From assembly GCF_006345805.1 (NCBI RefSeq), contig NC_043003.1:56544001-56608000 (forward strand): a stretch of DNA of 64,000 nt, in the 5' to 3' direction. The position numbers and the translations under genes are program-made. Origin of the DNA: Octopus sinensis. Taxonomy: Eukaryota. Position 1 is the stretch's first letter; every line of letters begins with the position of its first letter. Positions 52,383 through 63,667 of the stretch are shown one piece after another. Under the pieces are notes generated by a model, which was not told where the DNA came from, did no database searches, and saw only the letters and a list, made by a program, of their open reading frames with translations.

Positions 52383-52565
52383 CAAGATTATTTGTTCCGT
52401 AATTATGTTGTATTTTGTCCCAAAACTATTTCCGACGCGTTGGCGCTGCTTGTTATTATGCAATTTATCTTTATAACTTTGAATAATGAAAAAGTGTTTC
52501 ATCAGGAATATAAACAAGAAAATCTTCCGGCAAAACGAGTTAACACCAAGAGCCATTATTTATGA
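52383..52565 (+). CDS. Possible orphan terminal exon, product unknown
   Basis: Acceptor cttatctttctgtctag| then 60 open codons QDYLFRNYVVFCPKTISDALALLVIMQFIFITLNNEKVFHQEYKQENLPAKRVNTKSHYL*; no family recognised. Confidence 0.15.
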   Translation, partial: QDYLFRNYVVFCPKTISDALALLVIMQFIFITLNNEKVFHQEYKQENLPAKRVNTKSHYL

Positions 52566-53444
52566 AGGATTAAAATGAAATAGAATATGTACAACTGATA
52601 CACAGATCCATGGAATCAACGTATCATCAAATTCAAGAAGCACACCATTTTGTTGAATCCCGCTTTTCAGCTAAGTGTTGTATGAAACATGGCAAGTCTT
52701 GAAAAAGTTCAAGAGACTATAGGTACTTTAAGTATTCAACTGAAACAAAACCAAGGTTGGTAACTGTTATGCAAGCGGCAGGGAAAATGGGATACAGGCT
52801 ACAAATAAACAACTATATAAAGAGATGCATCACTTCGCAAAACATAGGTGTAACCGTAACGTATCGCATGCATATACGTTGAGTTAAAACTGGTTAAGAA
52901 ACAAGAAAACTGCAAGCCATCATACTGCAAAAGAGAAAATACGATAAAATCATTATTGGGAAAACTCAGAGTCTGTAAAATTAATTCCGTCCGCAACATA
53001 TCCTAGAGGCACATAATGTCATTAGTGAGGAGCGTTTGAAACATAAACAAAAAATTATGAGTATTATATAATTAATAATTAACAATACTTACGTAATACT
53101 TTCCAGACAAATTCTTTCGTTAATAGAGACAAAAATAACTATATTCGCAAAATTGTTTCCTCAGCGGTGGACATGAACGGATGAAATGTTGCAGACATCA
53201 TAATGATTTCAGTCTCTCATACTAGACTGAATTACATCAATAAAAAAAGTTTCTGCTGACCTATTGTTAGTACATATGTACATGGAGATTCGGAAAAAAA
53301 TATAACAACAATATAGGTGATATGATCAATAAGTATTCGGGCTGTTGCCATAGTAACAAAGCTAAAACACGCAGCGTGAATCCGCTTGACCTTGAACTCT
53401 TCTGTACATGTGAAATAAGTTTTAACGTTCTAGCTCAAATCATC

Positions 53445-54262
53445 TCTGAAGGGAGGTGTTTAGCGGGTCATCTAGTTTACCGTGCTTGGAGGAAGGGGTG
53501 TAGTGTGTGGTCGTCGCATTGAACCTGACAGAAAAAGTTGGTGCAGAGAATTTGCACGAAATTCTACCAAAAGATGGAGGATGCCTGCTCAGAGGCCTAC
53601 GCAAAGTTGCAGAAGGTGTATAAGGAGGAGTGCATGAGCCGAACACAACTGTATGAATGGTTCCGACATTTCTAAAGTTGGCCGAAAAATGTCGATAGTG
53701 ACGAACGTTCTGGAAGTCCTGCAACCAACAAAACTGAGAAGAACATCGCAGATATGCGGGCAGCTGTGAGGGGAAACCGTCGAATCACCATCCTGAGTTG
53801 TCTGAGGACGTGTACGTTAGTTACGTTTCAGTTTTGTACATTATCATTGAAGATTTGGATATGAAACGCGTGTCTGCCAAGTTTGTGCCAAAACTGATTT
53901 CAGCTGACCAAAAGCACATTCGGGTTTTAGTTGCACAAAATTTCCTTGATTATGTTGAAATGAAGAAAACTTTTTGAAAACTGTCATAACCCCGAAACAA
54001 AGGCTCAGAAGAAAGCAAGAAAGTTGAAGTACTCTAAAGACACTGTTGACCGATTTCTTCGACTACTAGAGGATTGTTCATCACGAGTATGTTCTACCTG
54101 GCCAAGCGGTAAGTAAGGAGTACTACTGTGACGTTTTGTGGCGTTTGCAGGATGCTATTCGTCAGAAAAGGCCACAATTGCAAGCATCCGGTGAATGGAA
54201 ATTCGACTATGGCAACGCACCTGCCAATTCAGCGCAGCTTGTGCAGCAGCTTTTGGCTAGGC

Positions 54263-54264
<2 letters not shown>
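53445..54264 (+). mobile_element. Mariner transposase remnant (stops, frameshifts, internal deletion, 3' end missing)
   Basis: QRICTKF..MSRTQLYEWFRHF..DERSG..RRITI..MKRVSAKFVPKL..IVHHEY..GQAVSKEYYCDVL.RL.DAIRQKRP..YGNAPANSA (degenerate HDNAP). Confidence 0.9.
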
Positions 54265-54297
<33 letters not shown>

Positions 54298-54301
<4 letters not shown>

Positions 54302-54452
54302 CATAAGGGACTAAAGCCATCTGAATATGGCTAGGGACAGGGCAGGGTGGTGGGGGTGTTACTGTTGCATTTAGCCCCAGGCGAACAGTAACACCCCCAC
54401 CACCCTGCCCTGTCCCTAGCCATATTCAGATGGCTTTAGTCCCTTATGTTAT
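54298..54452. repeat. Perfect 69-bp inverted repeat, 17-nt loop
   Basis: 54298-54366 is the exact reverse complement of 54384-54452; lies between a (TA)n run and the PLE 5' end. Confidence 0.97.
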
Positions 54453-55182
54453 GGAGCAGTCACTGTATATATCTCATTTAGAGAATTATTACTGATATAT
54501 ATATATAGATATATATATCTTCCTCCTGCTTTCTCCACCTTCTTCTCCTCTCTGCCGCCTCTCTATGCTCCAAACACGCTACGCTTCATTATCCATTTGA
54601 ATCAACTCTTCCATCAATTTCTTTCTGATACCAAACTTCGTAAACTCCAATCACTCTTCCATTCCACCCTACCCGACGCCACTACCCCAACTCCTCCACC
54701 ACCCTTCTCCCCTCCCGATAGGCTCCATCCACCCACACCTAACCCCACTGCCCCTCCCTACAACCCCTTCTCCCCTCCCGTTAGGCTCCATCCACCTACA
54801 CCTAACCCTACTGCCCCGCCCAACCACCCCCCACACACCTCCCCAATCCCTCTCCCTCAGACCTCCACGAGACCTACCACCCCACCTCCTACTTCTATTC
54901 CACCCACCCCTTCTCCACTTCCGTCTGTTGTTACCATTCCCCCCGATCTCCCCTCTCTGCGGCTGAACGCTCCGTCCTTGGTAGGGGTCTGCGTTTCATC
55001 CCCCTCACTCCATCCTGTAAGGAATTCCAGACGCGAGTTGATGTCCACAGCTTTGTGCGCCGTGTCCGGTTGGGTGCGCATTACCACGACTCGCCACCCA
55101 CACCCACGAAGAGGACGACTGCTTCACTGGCCTGGGCCGCCGACCATCTCCGTGGACGCCTGCCCCTGGCCAGATCCTAGCA

Positions 55183-56496
55183 GTGGATCTTTTCGCGGGC
55201 GCTTGTCAGCGTGCATTGGAGCGGTTCAACTTCTCCAGGCGCCAACGCCGCCTCAACATCTCCCCGGCTGAGCTCTTGGCTCTTCGTTCCCTCCAACGGC
55301 GCGCTGACATTATCATCAAACCGGCTGACAAGGGTGGAGCTGTAGTGGTGTGGCGCGCGGACCTCTATAGGGCCGAGGCTTTCCGCCAACTCAATGACAC
55401 CTCCTTCTATTCCCCTCTGCCCTCTAACCCCACACGTAGCTACCAACAGACGGTATCCTCTACTGTCCAAGACCTCATCTCGTCCTCCCGTCTCCCCCGC
55501 ACCGCATCCAACCTAATTGTGCGAACCCCACGTACCCCCACCATTTACTTCCTCCCCAAAATCCACAAACCCAACAACCCTGGCCGCCCCATCGTCTCCG
55601 CCTGTAACTGCCCCACGGAGCTCATCTCTAAATACCTCGACCGTGTCCTTGCCCCCCTAGTGGCATCTCTTCCCTCCCACATCCACGATACCAACCATGC
55701 TCTCCCGCTTTTCAACTCTTTCTCCTTTCCTCCCGGCTCCTCCAAAATCCTTTTTACTATGGACATCCAAAGCCTCTATACTGTTATCCCTCACCACGAA
55801 GGACTGCAGGCCCTTCGACACTTTCTTGACCTCCGCTCTAACCCTGTACCTGACACCTCCACACTCATTCGTCTGGCCGAACTTGTCCTTACTCTGAACT
55901 GCTTCTCGTTCGCGGGCGAGTTCTACCATCAGGTCTCGGGAGTGGCCATGGGAACGCGAATGGGCCCCAACTATGCGAACCTGTTCGTTGGCTATGTTGA
56001 GGCCCAAATATTCTCTAATTTCACTGATCCCACTCCTGAACTATATGGTCGTTATATTGACGACATTATCGGTGCCACCTCACTCTCCCGCGAACATCTA
56101 GATTCCTTCCTCTCTTTCGTCCAATCTTTCCATCCAGCCCTCCACTTCACTTCCACTATCTCCAACACCTCCGTCTCCTTCCTCGACATTTCGGTTAGCA
56201 TTCTTCACTCCACTCTTACCACCACCTCCATTCACTACAAACACACAGACTCACACTCATACCTCAACTTCTCTTCCTCCCACCCAGAACACACCAAGCT
56301 TTCCATCCCCTATTCCCAATTCCTCCGTCTACGTAGGCTCTGTAGTGACGACCATGACTTTGAGACTCAGTCTCAACGTATGGCTCACCACTTCACCCTA
56401 CGTGGATACCCCCTCACCACTATCCACACCGCCCTTGCCAGAGCACGGTCCGTGGACCGTGTATCTGCTCTCTCTCTCCCCGAACCCGCCCTGTAG
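55183..56496 (+). pseudogene. PLE reverse transcriptase domain (part of a single ORF broken at ~54952, ~55104, ~56495, ~56620 and ~56712)
   Basis: 437-codon open frame containing all the PLE RT motifs listed for the element. Confidence 0.92.
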
Positions 56497-56711
56497 TCCC
56501 CTCCCGCTCCTTTTCCCCTCACTTACCACCCCACGACCCTACGTCTCCAACGCACCATTCTTCGAGCTTTCCGTCATCTCCAGTCCGACCCGTCCACTTC
56601 ACACCTCTTCCCTAACCGACCCCCTCCCCTCTTTCAAACGAGCCCACAACCTTCGAGCCCTTTTGGTCCATAGCTCCTTCCCTGACCCTACCTCCCAACC
56701 CGGCTCGTTTC

Positions 56712-57122
56712 CCCTGCTCCCGCCCACGTTGCCGCACTTGCCCTTACCTCTCCAACACCACCCGCCTCACTAGCACCCACCATCGACCCTATCCCATCAT
56801 CCACTCCTTCACCTGCACCTCCAGCAATATTATCTATTGCATCTCTTGCTCTCTCTGCAATTCCTTGTACATCGGACAAACGGGACGCCGCTTGGCTGAC
56901 CGGTTCGCGGAACACCTTCGTGACATCCACCTTGCGAACGACACACCGGTCTCACGCCATTTCCGCTCCACCGGTCACTCCTTGCAACACCTATCTGTGT
57001 TCGGTTTGTCCTTACACAGAGGCCATCCGGATTCCCGTTTGCGCCGTGAACAGGAATTAATCTTCTCTCTTCGATCTTATACGCCTTTTGGTCTCAACTC
57101 TCCCCCCCTCCTCCTCATCTAA
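56712..57122 (+). pseudogene. PLE Cys-linker + GIY-YIG endonuclease
   Basis: PCSRPRCRTCPYL..FTCTSSNIIYCISCSLCNSLYIGQTGRRLADRFAEHLRDI..RLRREQELIFSLRSYTPFGLN. Confidence 0.9.
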
Positions 57123-57865
57123 CCCCCCCCCCCTCCTCACCTATCCTTTCTCCCCCCGACCCCTACTTCTTCAGTCCTTCATCCTTTCACCCCTACTCCC
57201 CTTCCCTTCTTCCCTCTTTCTCCCTCCCTCTTCCCCTTCCCTCTGCTCCCTCTCTCCCCTTCCTTCTCCCCCATCCTCTCATCTTCCCCTTCTCCTCCCC
57301 CTCTTCTTCCCCTCCCCTTCTCTCCCCCTCTTCCCCCCCCTCTTCTCCTCACTACACCACATGACTTTACACATCACATCACATATGATGTGCCATACTA
57401 ATACACACACCAACTAATACATACTAATACGTACTAATACATACTAGTACATACTAATACTTACACCAACCCTAAAGATACACACGTCCAGACCCCGCAT
57501 ACGCACTTATACTCTCTCACACACACACACCTATACATACCAATACGTACTAATACATACTAATACATACTAATACATACACCAACCCCATACATACGCA
57601 CGTCCAGACCAATCCTACGCACTAATACTCTCTCATACACACACACACACCCTTATACATACTAATACATACACCAACCCTATACATACACACATCCAGA
57701 CCCCTCCCACGCACTTTTAGCTGGTCCCTCAACCATTTTATCAACCCTATTATCTCCCCTTATTTCGCTCACGCGTCTCATGTTTGATCTTTGACCTCTG
57801 GCCGAAATCAGATCGCCATGTTGATTCGTTAGCTACTGCACGCATTTTTTTTCTCTCTCTGTGTA

Positions 57866-57903
57866 TCTTTCTGTTGAAGAGCGTAGGCTCGAAACGTTAA
57901 AGA
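57866..57903 (+). ncRNA. Minimal type-I hammerhead (A6 changed to U) in the PLE 3' terminal repeat
   Basis: TCTTT|CTGTTGA A|GAGC gtag GCTC|GAA ACGT T|AAAGA. Confidence 0.7.
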
Positions 57904-58035
57904 CTTGTTTTATTTATATTTCCTGAGCGCCATACTAATACAATTGTTCGTTTGTTTTCCACCTGCCTTCGTCTTTTGTTTATTTTCATAAAGCTTCCCG
58001 TTATATATATATATATATAGATATATATACTCCCT

Positions 58036-58262
58036 TACTTATTTCAGTCATTTGACAATGGCCATGCTGGAGCACCGCCGTTAGTCGAACAAATCGACCC
58101 CGGGACTTATTCTTTGTAAGCCTAGTACTTATTCTAGTAGTCTCTTTTGCCGAACCGCTAAGTTACGGGGTGGTAAACACAACAGCATCTGTTGTCAAGT
58201 GATGTTGGGGGGACAAACACAGACACAGAAACATATACTCACACACACACACACATATATAT

Positions 58263-58315
<53 letters not shown>

Positions 58316-58505
58316 ATATATATATACATATATAGGACGGGCTTCTTTCAGTTTCCGTCTACCAATCCACTCACAAGGCTTTGGTCGGCCCGAGGCTATA
58401 GTAGAGAACACTTGCCCAAAATGCCATGCATGTGGTTCGTAAGCAAGATGCCACGAACCATGTGGTTCGTAAGCAAGCTACTTACCACACACCCACTCCT
58501 ACGCC
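58036..58505 (-). mobile_element. SINE family A (internal 19-bp duplication catgtggttcgtaagcaag)
   Basis: Full head, body and tail. Confidence 0.9.
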
Positions 58506-59479
58506 TATATATACGTATATATATATATAATTCTTATAGATATAAGTGTGTGTGTGTGTGTGTGTGTAATATGCATGTATACGTGTGTGTATGTGCAGGT
58601 GTTAGGAAGGTGAAACTGCTAGATAACTCATGCCAAAAGAGAAAGTGGAACCTGATGCAGTCCCATGGCTTGCCAATTCATGTATAATTGAGCGACCCAT
58701 ACTAGCCTGGAAGTTTGACAAATGATTATAAAGACGTTGATTACGATATTGATGATACAGAGGGACATAATAAGAGAGAGAGAGAGAGAGAGAGCGACAA
58801 ACAGACAGACAGACATGCAGAAAGACAGAAATACATAAGTATTTAAGAAGCGTGATCATGAATAGACACATGTTTCTGTACATGTGTGTATGTCTGCCTA
58901 GGAATCTATCGCTATAGATCATTACAGAGATAACCACCGAGAAAAGTATGTGATTAAGTATGTAGAGGTAGACGCTTATTGCAGAAAAATATTGAATATA
59001 TAATTATTTTTATATAAATTGAAGTTGTATTTGAATAACATCTATATATCATTCTCTATATATGTCTTCTTTTTCCGTTTTACTGCTATGTATATCTGTT
59101 TTTCTTCCTGGCCTACACAGAGTTTTCTAGTTATCTCTGCATTTAAACGGCTGAGACGTTCTTACTCTAATGAAAGAATTTTATCAAAGAAAGCTGAGAA
59201 ATGGAAAAGAATTAGTAGGAAAAATCGAAGTTGCTTTTTGAGTTCCTCTTCCCATAACTTCTACTCACATAGTCTCCCGAATTGTCTCCAGGCGAAACAG
59301 AACATATATGTTTTCGTATGACCACAGTTTTAATGAAGCAAAATGATACTCAATGCTTTCTATTATAATTGGCCGGTGCCATTCTTTTCTCGTTAGCTTT
59401 TGGTGAAGTAAAGGGTTAGTGCTGCATTCCTTGGAATTTCTTGCTGTGATGTAGCTTCTTTTCTTTTTCTTTCTGCTTC

Positions 59480-59936
59480 TTATTTCAGTCATCTGACTGC
59501 GGCCATGTTGGAGCATCGCCACGAAGGGTTTAAATCGCATAATTCGACACCAGGACATTTTAACAAAACTAGAACTTATTATATGGGTATCTTTCGTCGA
59601 ATCACTTAGTTATGGAGAGGTAAACGCACCAACATTGGTTATCATGCGGTGATGGGGGACAAACACAAACACAAAGACATACAAATATAAATTTACATAC
59701 ATACATACTTACGTATATAATACATACATATATAAATACATACATACATACACTCATACATACACACATATAGACATATATACGACGGGTGTCTTTCAGT
59801 GTCCTTCCACCAACTCAAAATAGAGGACTCTGGTCGGCCCTAGGATATAGTAGAAGACACTTTCGCAAGGTTCCGCGCAGTGGGACTGAACTTGGAACAA
59901 TGCGGTTTGGAAGCAAGCTTCTTACCGCACAGCTAC
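59480..59936 (-). mobile_element. SINE family A
   Basis: Tail tatttcagtcatctgactgcggccatgttggagcatc; head gcaagcttcttaccgcacagc. Confidence 0.85.
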
Positions 59937-59942
59937 GATCAC

Positions 59943-60470
59943 ATTGACTCAGTGGTTAAAAGATCAGACTCACAATAATGAGGTTTTTAAGTTCGATTCC
60001 CTGACTGAATGTTGTGTTCCTGAACAAGACACTTTATTTCATGTTGCTCTTGTTCACTCAGCTGTAGAAATGAGTTGCAAATTCACTGGTGCCAAGCAGT
60101 ATCGGCGTTTGGACTTCCTTTGGATAACATCGGTGGCGTTGAGTGGGGGAGGGAGCTGGTAAGCATGGGCATCTGCTGGTTTTCCATTAGAAACCTATTT
60201 CTTTATTACCCACGAGGGGCTAAACATAGAGGGGATAAACAAGGACAGACATAGGTATTAAGTCGATTACATCGACCCCAGTGCGTAACTGGTGCTTAAT
60301 TTATCGACCCCGAAAGGATGAAAGGCAAAGTCGACCTCGGCGGAATTTGAACTCACAACGTAACGGCAGACGAAATACCGCAAAGCATTTCGCCCGGCGT
60401 GCTAACGCTTCTGCCAGCTCGCCATTAGAAACCCTGCTCGGACTTGTGCCTCGGAGGGTAACTTTCGAAG
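59943..60470 (+). mobile_element. SINE family C interrupted by a family B copy
   Basis: gactcagtggttaaaag...cactcagctgtagaaatgagttgc...; resumes at ctgctcggacttgtgcctcggagggtaac after the insertion. Confidence 0.8.
60196..60423 (-). mobile_element. Young SINE family B with a 10-12-bp TSD
   Basis: TSD (cc)attagaaacc at 60184-60195 and 60422-60433. Confidence 0.92.
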
Positions 60471-60499
60471 TGTGTCATCACGTGTTTATATATATATAT

Positions 60500-60717
60500 T
60501 TCAAAATGTGACCGCGTGTGTACCTTTGGCGATTTTTCTTTTCCTCTGTCTTCCTTTCTCTGGATCTTTCCTTCTCCTATGTTTCCGACGAAGAGCTCCG
60601 CTCGAAACGTTAAACCCTCCTTCTTTCCTTCTTTCCTGAGTGTCCAATAATACTATATTTGTTCCACGTCCTGGCGTTGTTATGTTTTTTTGTGCTTTCT
60701 TGTTTGGATTAACTATA
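60500..60717 (+). mobile_element. Solo PLE-type terminal repeat between TA runs
   Basis: Pyrimidine-rich; contains a hammerhead and the tttcctgag block, similar in layout to 57850-58000. Confidence 0.6.
60581..60615 (+). ncRNA. Minimal type-I hammerhead (U4 changed to C)
   Basis: GTTT|CCGACGA A|GAGC tcc GCTC|GAA ACGT T|AAAC. Confidence 0.7.
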
Positions 60718-61712
60718 TATATATGCACGTACGTGTGTTTTCGCCTGTTCCCTCCATCTTGGACTTCTTTAGGTTGTCCTAAACTAGCAGTTCGTCAAAG
60801 GGAACCGATAGAATAAGTACAACGCTTTAAACTAATATGAGCTCCATTTATTGGATTAAAACCTTCTAGATGCCAAATTGGCTGAAGTCGGAGAACTGAA
60901 ATAATAGAAAGATAAAAGTTATATCCATATTTATGCACGAACATACATACTGACGCGCACACACACGTGTCTGTATATGTATTTGTGCAAGTATGTTTAT
61001 GTGTGAGACTGTTGTTATGTCAGTGTGTATGTTTGTGCGTGCGCACGTGTGTTTGTATCCCTTCCGTGAATAGTCATTTGAAGTTTCAGTAATGGGAAAT
61101 ACACCAACAATGAACCACAAATAGTAAAATAAACCCTTGTTCAACTGTTTTTTAAAAAAAACTCACTATGATGTTAGATGTTCAATAGAATGGTTTGGCA
61201 AATATTGAGAAATTATAGAAACGGATCACTAACCGGTGAATGATGTAAATTAACAGGCGTTTGAGCAAGTAGATTCTGTTTGAAATATCTTATAGTAAGT
61301 TAAAAAGTTCCATAAATGAAAATTTAGTTTATTAATATCTAAAAATTTTAACTCATACAAGGTCTTGAAATATGGGTATAACCATGTATTAAAGTTCCCT
61401 AAAATCACAGTCAATATGTTTAAATAGAATTAGATAGAATTTTTTTCAATTTTAATTGCCGAATAATATTCATATACATTCATGTTCTTACTAATTATGT
61501 AACATTATCAAAGTATGCACAAACTTTGTAGAATCAATTTTTTAATTAATACACGTTCAAAATCGCAAATGAATACCGATGAGACTATAAAATTCTCAAT
61601 CCAATACCGAATATGTGCATAATTAATCTAGCATATTACGTATAATGTTCTACATACATACTCTCTCTCTCCCCCTCTCTCTCTCCCCCTCTCTCTCTCT
61701 CTATCTCTCTCT

Positions 61713-61760
<48 letters not shown>

Positions 61761-62639
61761 ATACGCACATATATATTTCTAAAATATTCATTAATATTCT
61801 CTAATGTAATTAGTGCCTACTTTAACAAGAGTTATTAGTACTTACATTAATTAGAAAACGAATCTTTGAAGAATAAAGAAAGCTTTCCCTGTCGGAGAAT
61901 TTATCGATAAGAAGAACCTAATGAAAAGATGTATTTATGGCAAGATCAACTTCTGTTTACCGTCTACCATAATGCTATATTACTGCGATAGTCATGCACA
62001 CTTCTCTACACTTACAACAGAATTACGTATAAGAGATGAAATATTATCTTTCCTTAAATGTTCATTTTGATATAAAGATATATTCGTACAGACATACATA
62101 AATGAATAGACGTACGGATACCTAAGTATACAGTAATATGAGCCAAGTTACCTATATAAGGAATCCAAATAATTCATCTGCTTCATAGCAATTAAGTCAT
62201 TAAGTAATTATCCACGTTCTGATTTATATAATGTCATTATGTATATTAATATATTAATATAGATAATATATATTAATATAGATAATGACTTTATGCAAAT
62301 TCACTATATTATTCACAATATACTAATATACATCAATACACGCGTTTACAAACATCGCTTGAGTACCATTATCTCGAACATGTTATTGCAGACAATTGGA
62401 GATTGGGTTATTGCCAGAGTAAAGGAAGTTGCTGGGACAAATGGCATCTAAAAATAATCAAACAGTCAGGTGGCTGGACTGCTATTGGACAAAAATAAAT
62501 CATCAATAAGGGGTGATGAGAAAATAACGTTCACAGGCAGACAACCAGCCACGGCAATCGACTACTAACGAAAGATAAAAACCCAGAAAGTTTGATAAAC
62601 AGAGATTCAGACAGTCGGAGCGCACAGGAGAATACAAAC

Positions 62640-62963
62640 AAGAGATGTCTTTGATAAAATAGCTAATCAGAACTTCAACCTATATTGTAAAAGCCTACAT
62701 ACACAAACCGCTTCCATTCACAGCCGTAGGCTTTTCTTTCCACGGATGAACCTAATCTTGTTTGTAACTTTGAAAAAATTTTTTTTTTTCTTTCTGTGAT
62801 ACACGATCCCTTTTCATCACTTTTTTTAACTTCCGGTCCCTTTTGATCGAAATTTTACATTTGTTTCCTTTTTTCTTATTTTTCCTTTTCCACCTCCTAA
62901 CAGAAAAGCTCTACATTTGTCATTGACCCCTCTGTGTCCAGCCCTGTGTGGCCAATAAAGAAA
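62640..62963 (+). mobile_element. Probable retroposon 3' end whose tail resembles SINE family B
   Basis: Ends ttgtcattgacccctctgtgtccagccctgtgtggccaataaagaaa followed by (TCTA)n; no clear protein motif recovered. Confidence 0.35.
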
Positions 62964-62964
62964 G

Positions 62965-63046
<82 letters not shown>

Positions 63047-63092
63047 GTATGTCTGTCTGTCTGTCTGTCCGTCTGTCTGTCTGTCTATCTCC

Positions 63093-63160
<68 letters not shown>

Positions 63161-63163
<3 letters not shown>

Positions 63164-63500
63164 ACAGCTGTTTCTGGGATATCCCATGTAATAGACTAAC
63201 GATTTAATCCATTACTTCAATATGAACGCATCATTCAGAATACTATGAAAACCCTGCATGAGTATGCCTGGGGTTATATCTAATGGCCTATACTATCACA
63301 GAAGTACGTACTAAGCTCTGTGAACTTTATTCTCCTGTCTGTTTATTTCTATCTACTTCTAGTCTTTATTCTTCTATTTTATTCCCTATAAACTGTGAAT
63401 TTCCCAGTCTCGAACTTTCATACATCCATTGTCTCTGATGACAAGGTGTGCGGACATGATAGCTAATCAGTTGGGATATCCCCAAAACAGCTGTAAGCCT
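63161..63500 (+). mobile_element. PLE terminal-repeat relic with 26-bp inverted ends and a decayed hammerhead (63431-63499)
   Basis: cttacagctgtttctgggatatccca (63161-63186) vs tgggatatccccaaaacagctgtaag (63472-63497), 24/26; GTCT|CTGATGA..ccc|AAA ACAGCTGT A|AGCC. Confidence 0.6.
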
Positions 63501-63667
63501 TCAAATTCATCTTAGCCTAGTTGAATTATTGTAAATGACTAGAGATACTCGTTCTGTCTTGTCTTTTTCATCTAATATATATATATTTCAAATTTACAGA
63601 AAACAAAGACAGTTGTAGGAATAACAAGCAGGTGTATTAAGTTAATGCTCGGGAAGAACGAAAAACT

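Larger units (their letters stand above)
54510..58000 (+). mobile_element. 5'-truncated Neptune-type Penelope-like element (RT + Cys linker + GIY-YIG + 3' UTR/pLTR)
   Basis: IIKPADKGGAVVV, IYFLPKIHKPNNPGRPIVS, FTMDIQSLYT, QVSGVAMG, RYIDD, FLDI; linker CSRPRCRTC; IYCISC..LYIGQTGRRLADRFAEH; C-rich and much higher GC than flanks. Confidence 0.95.
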
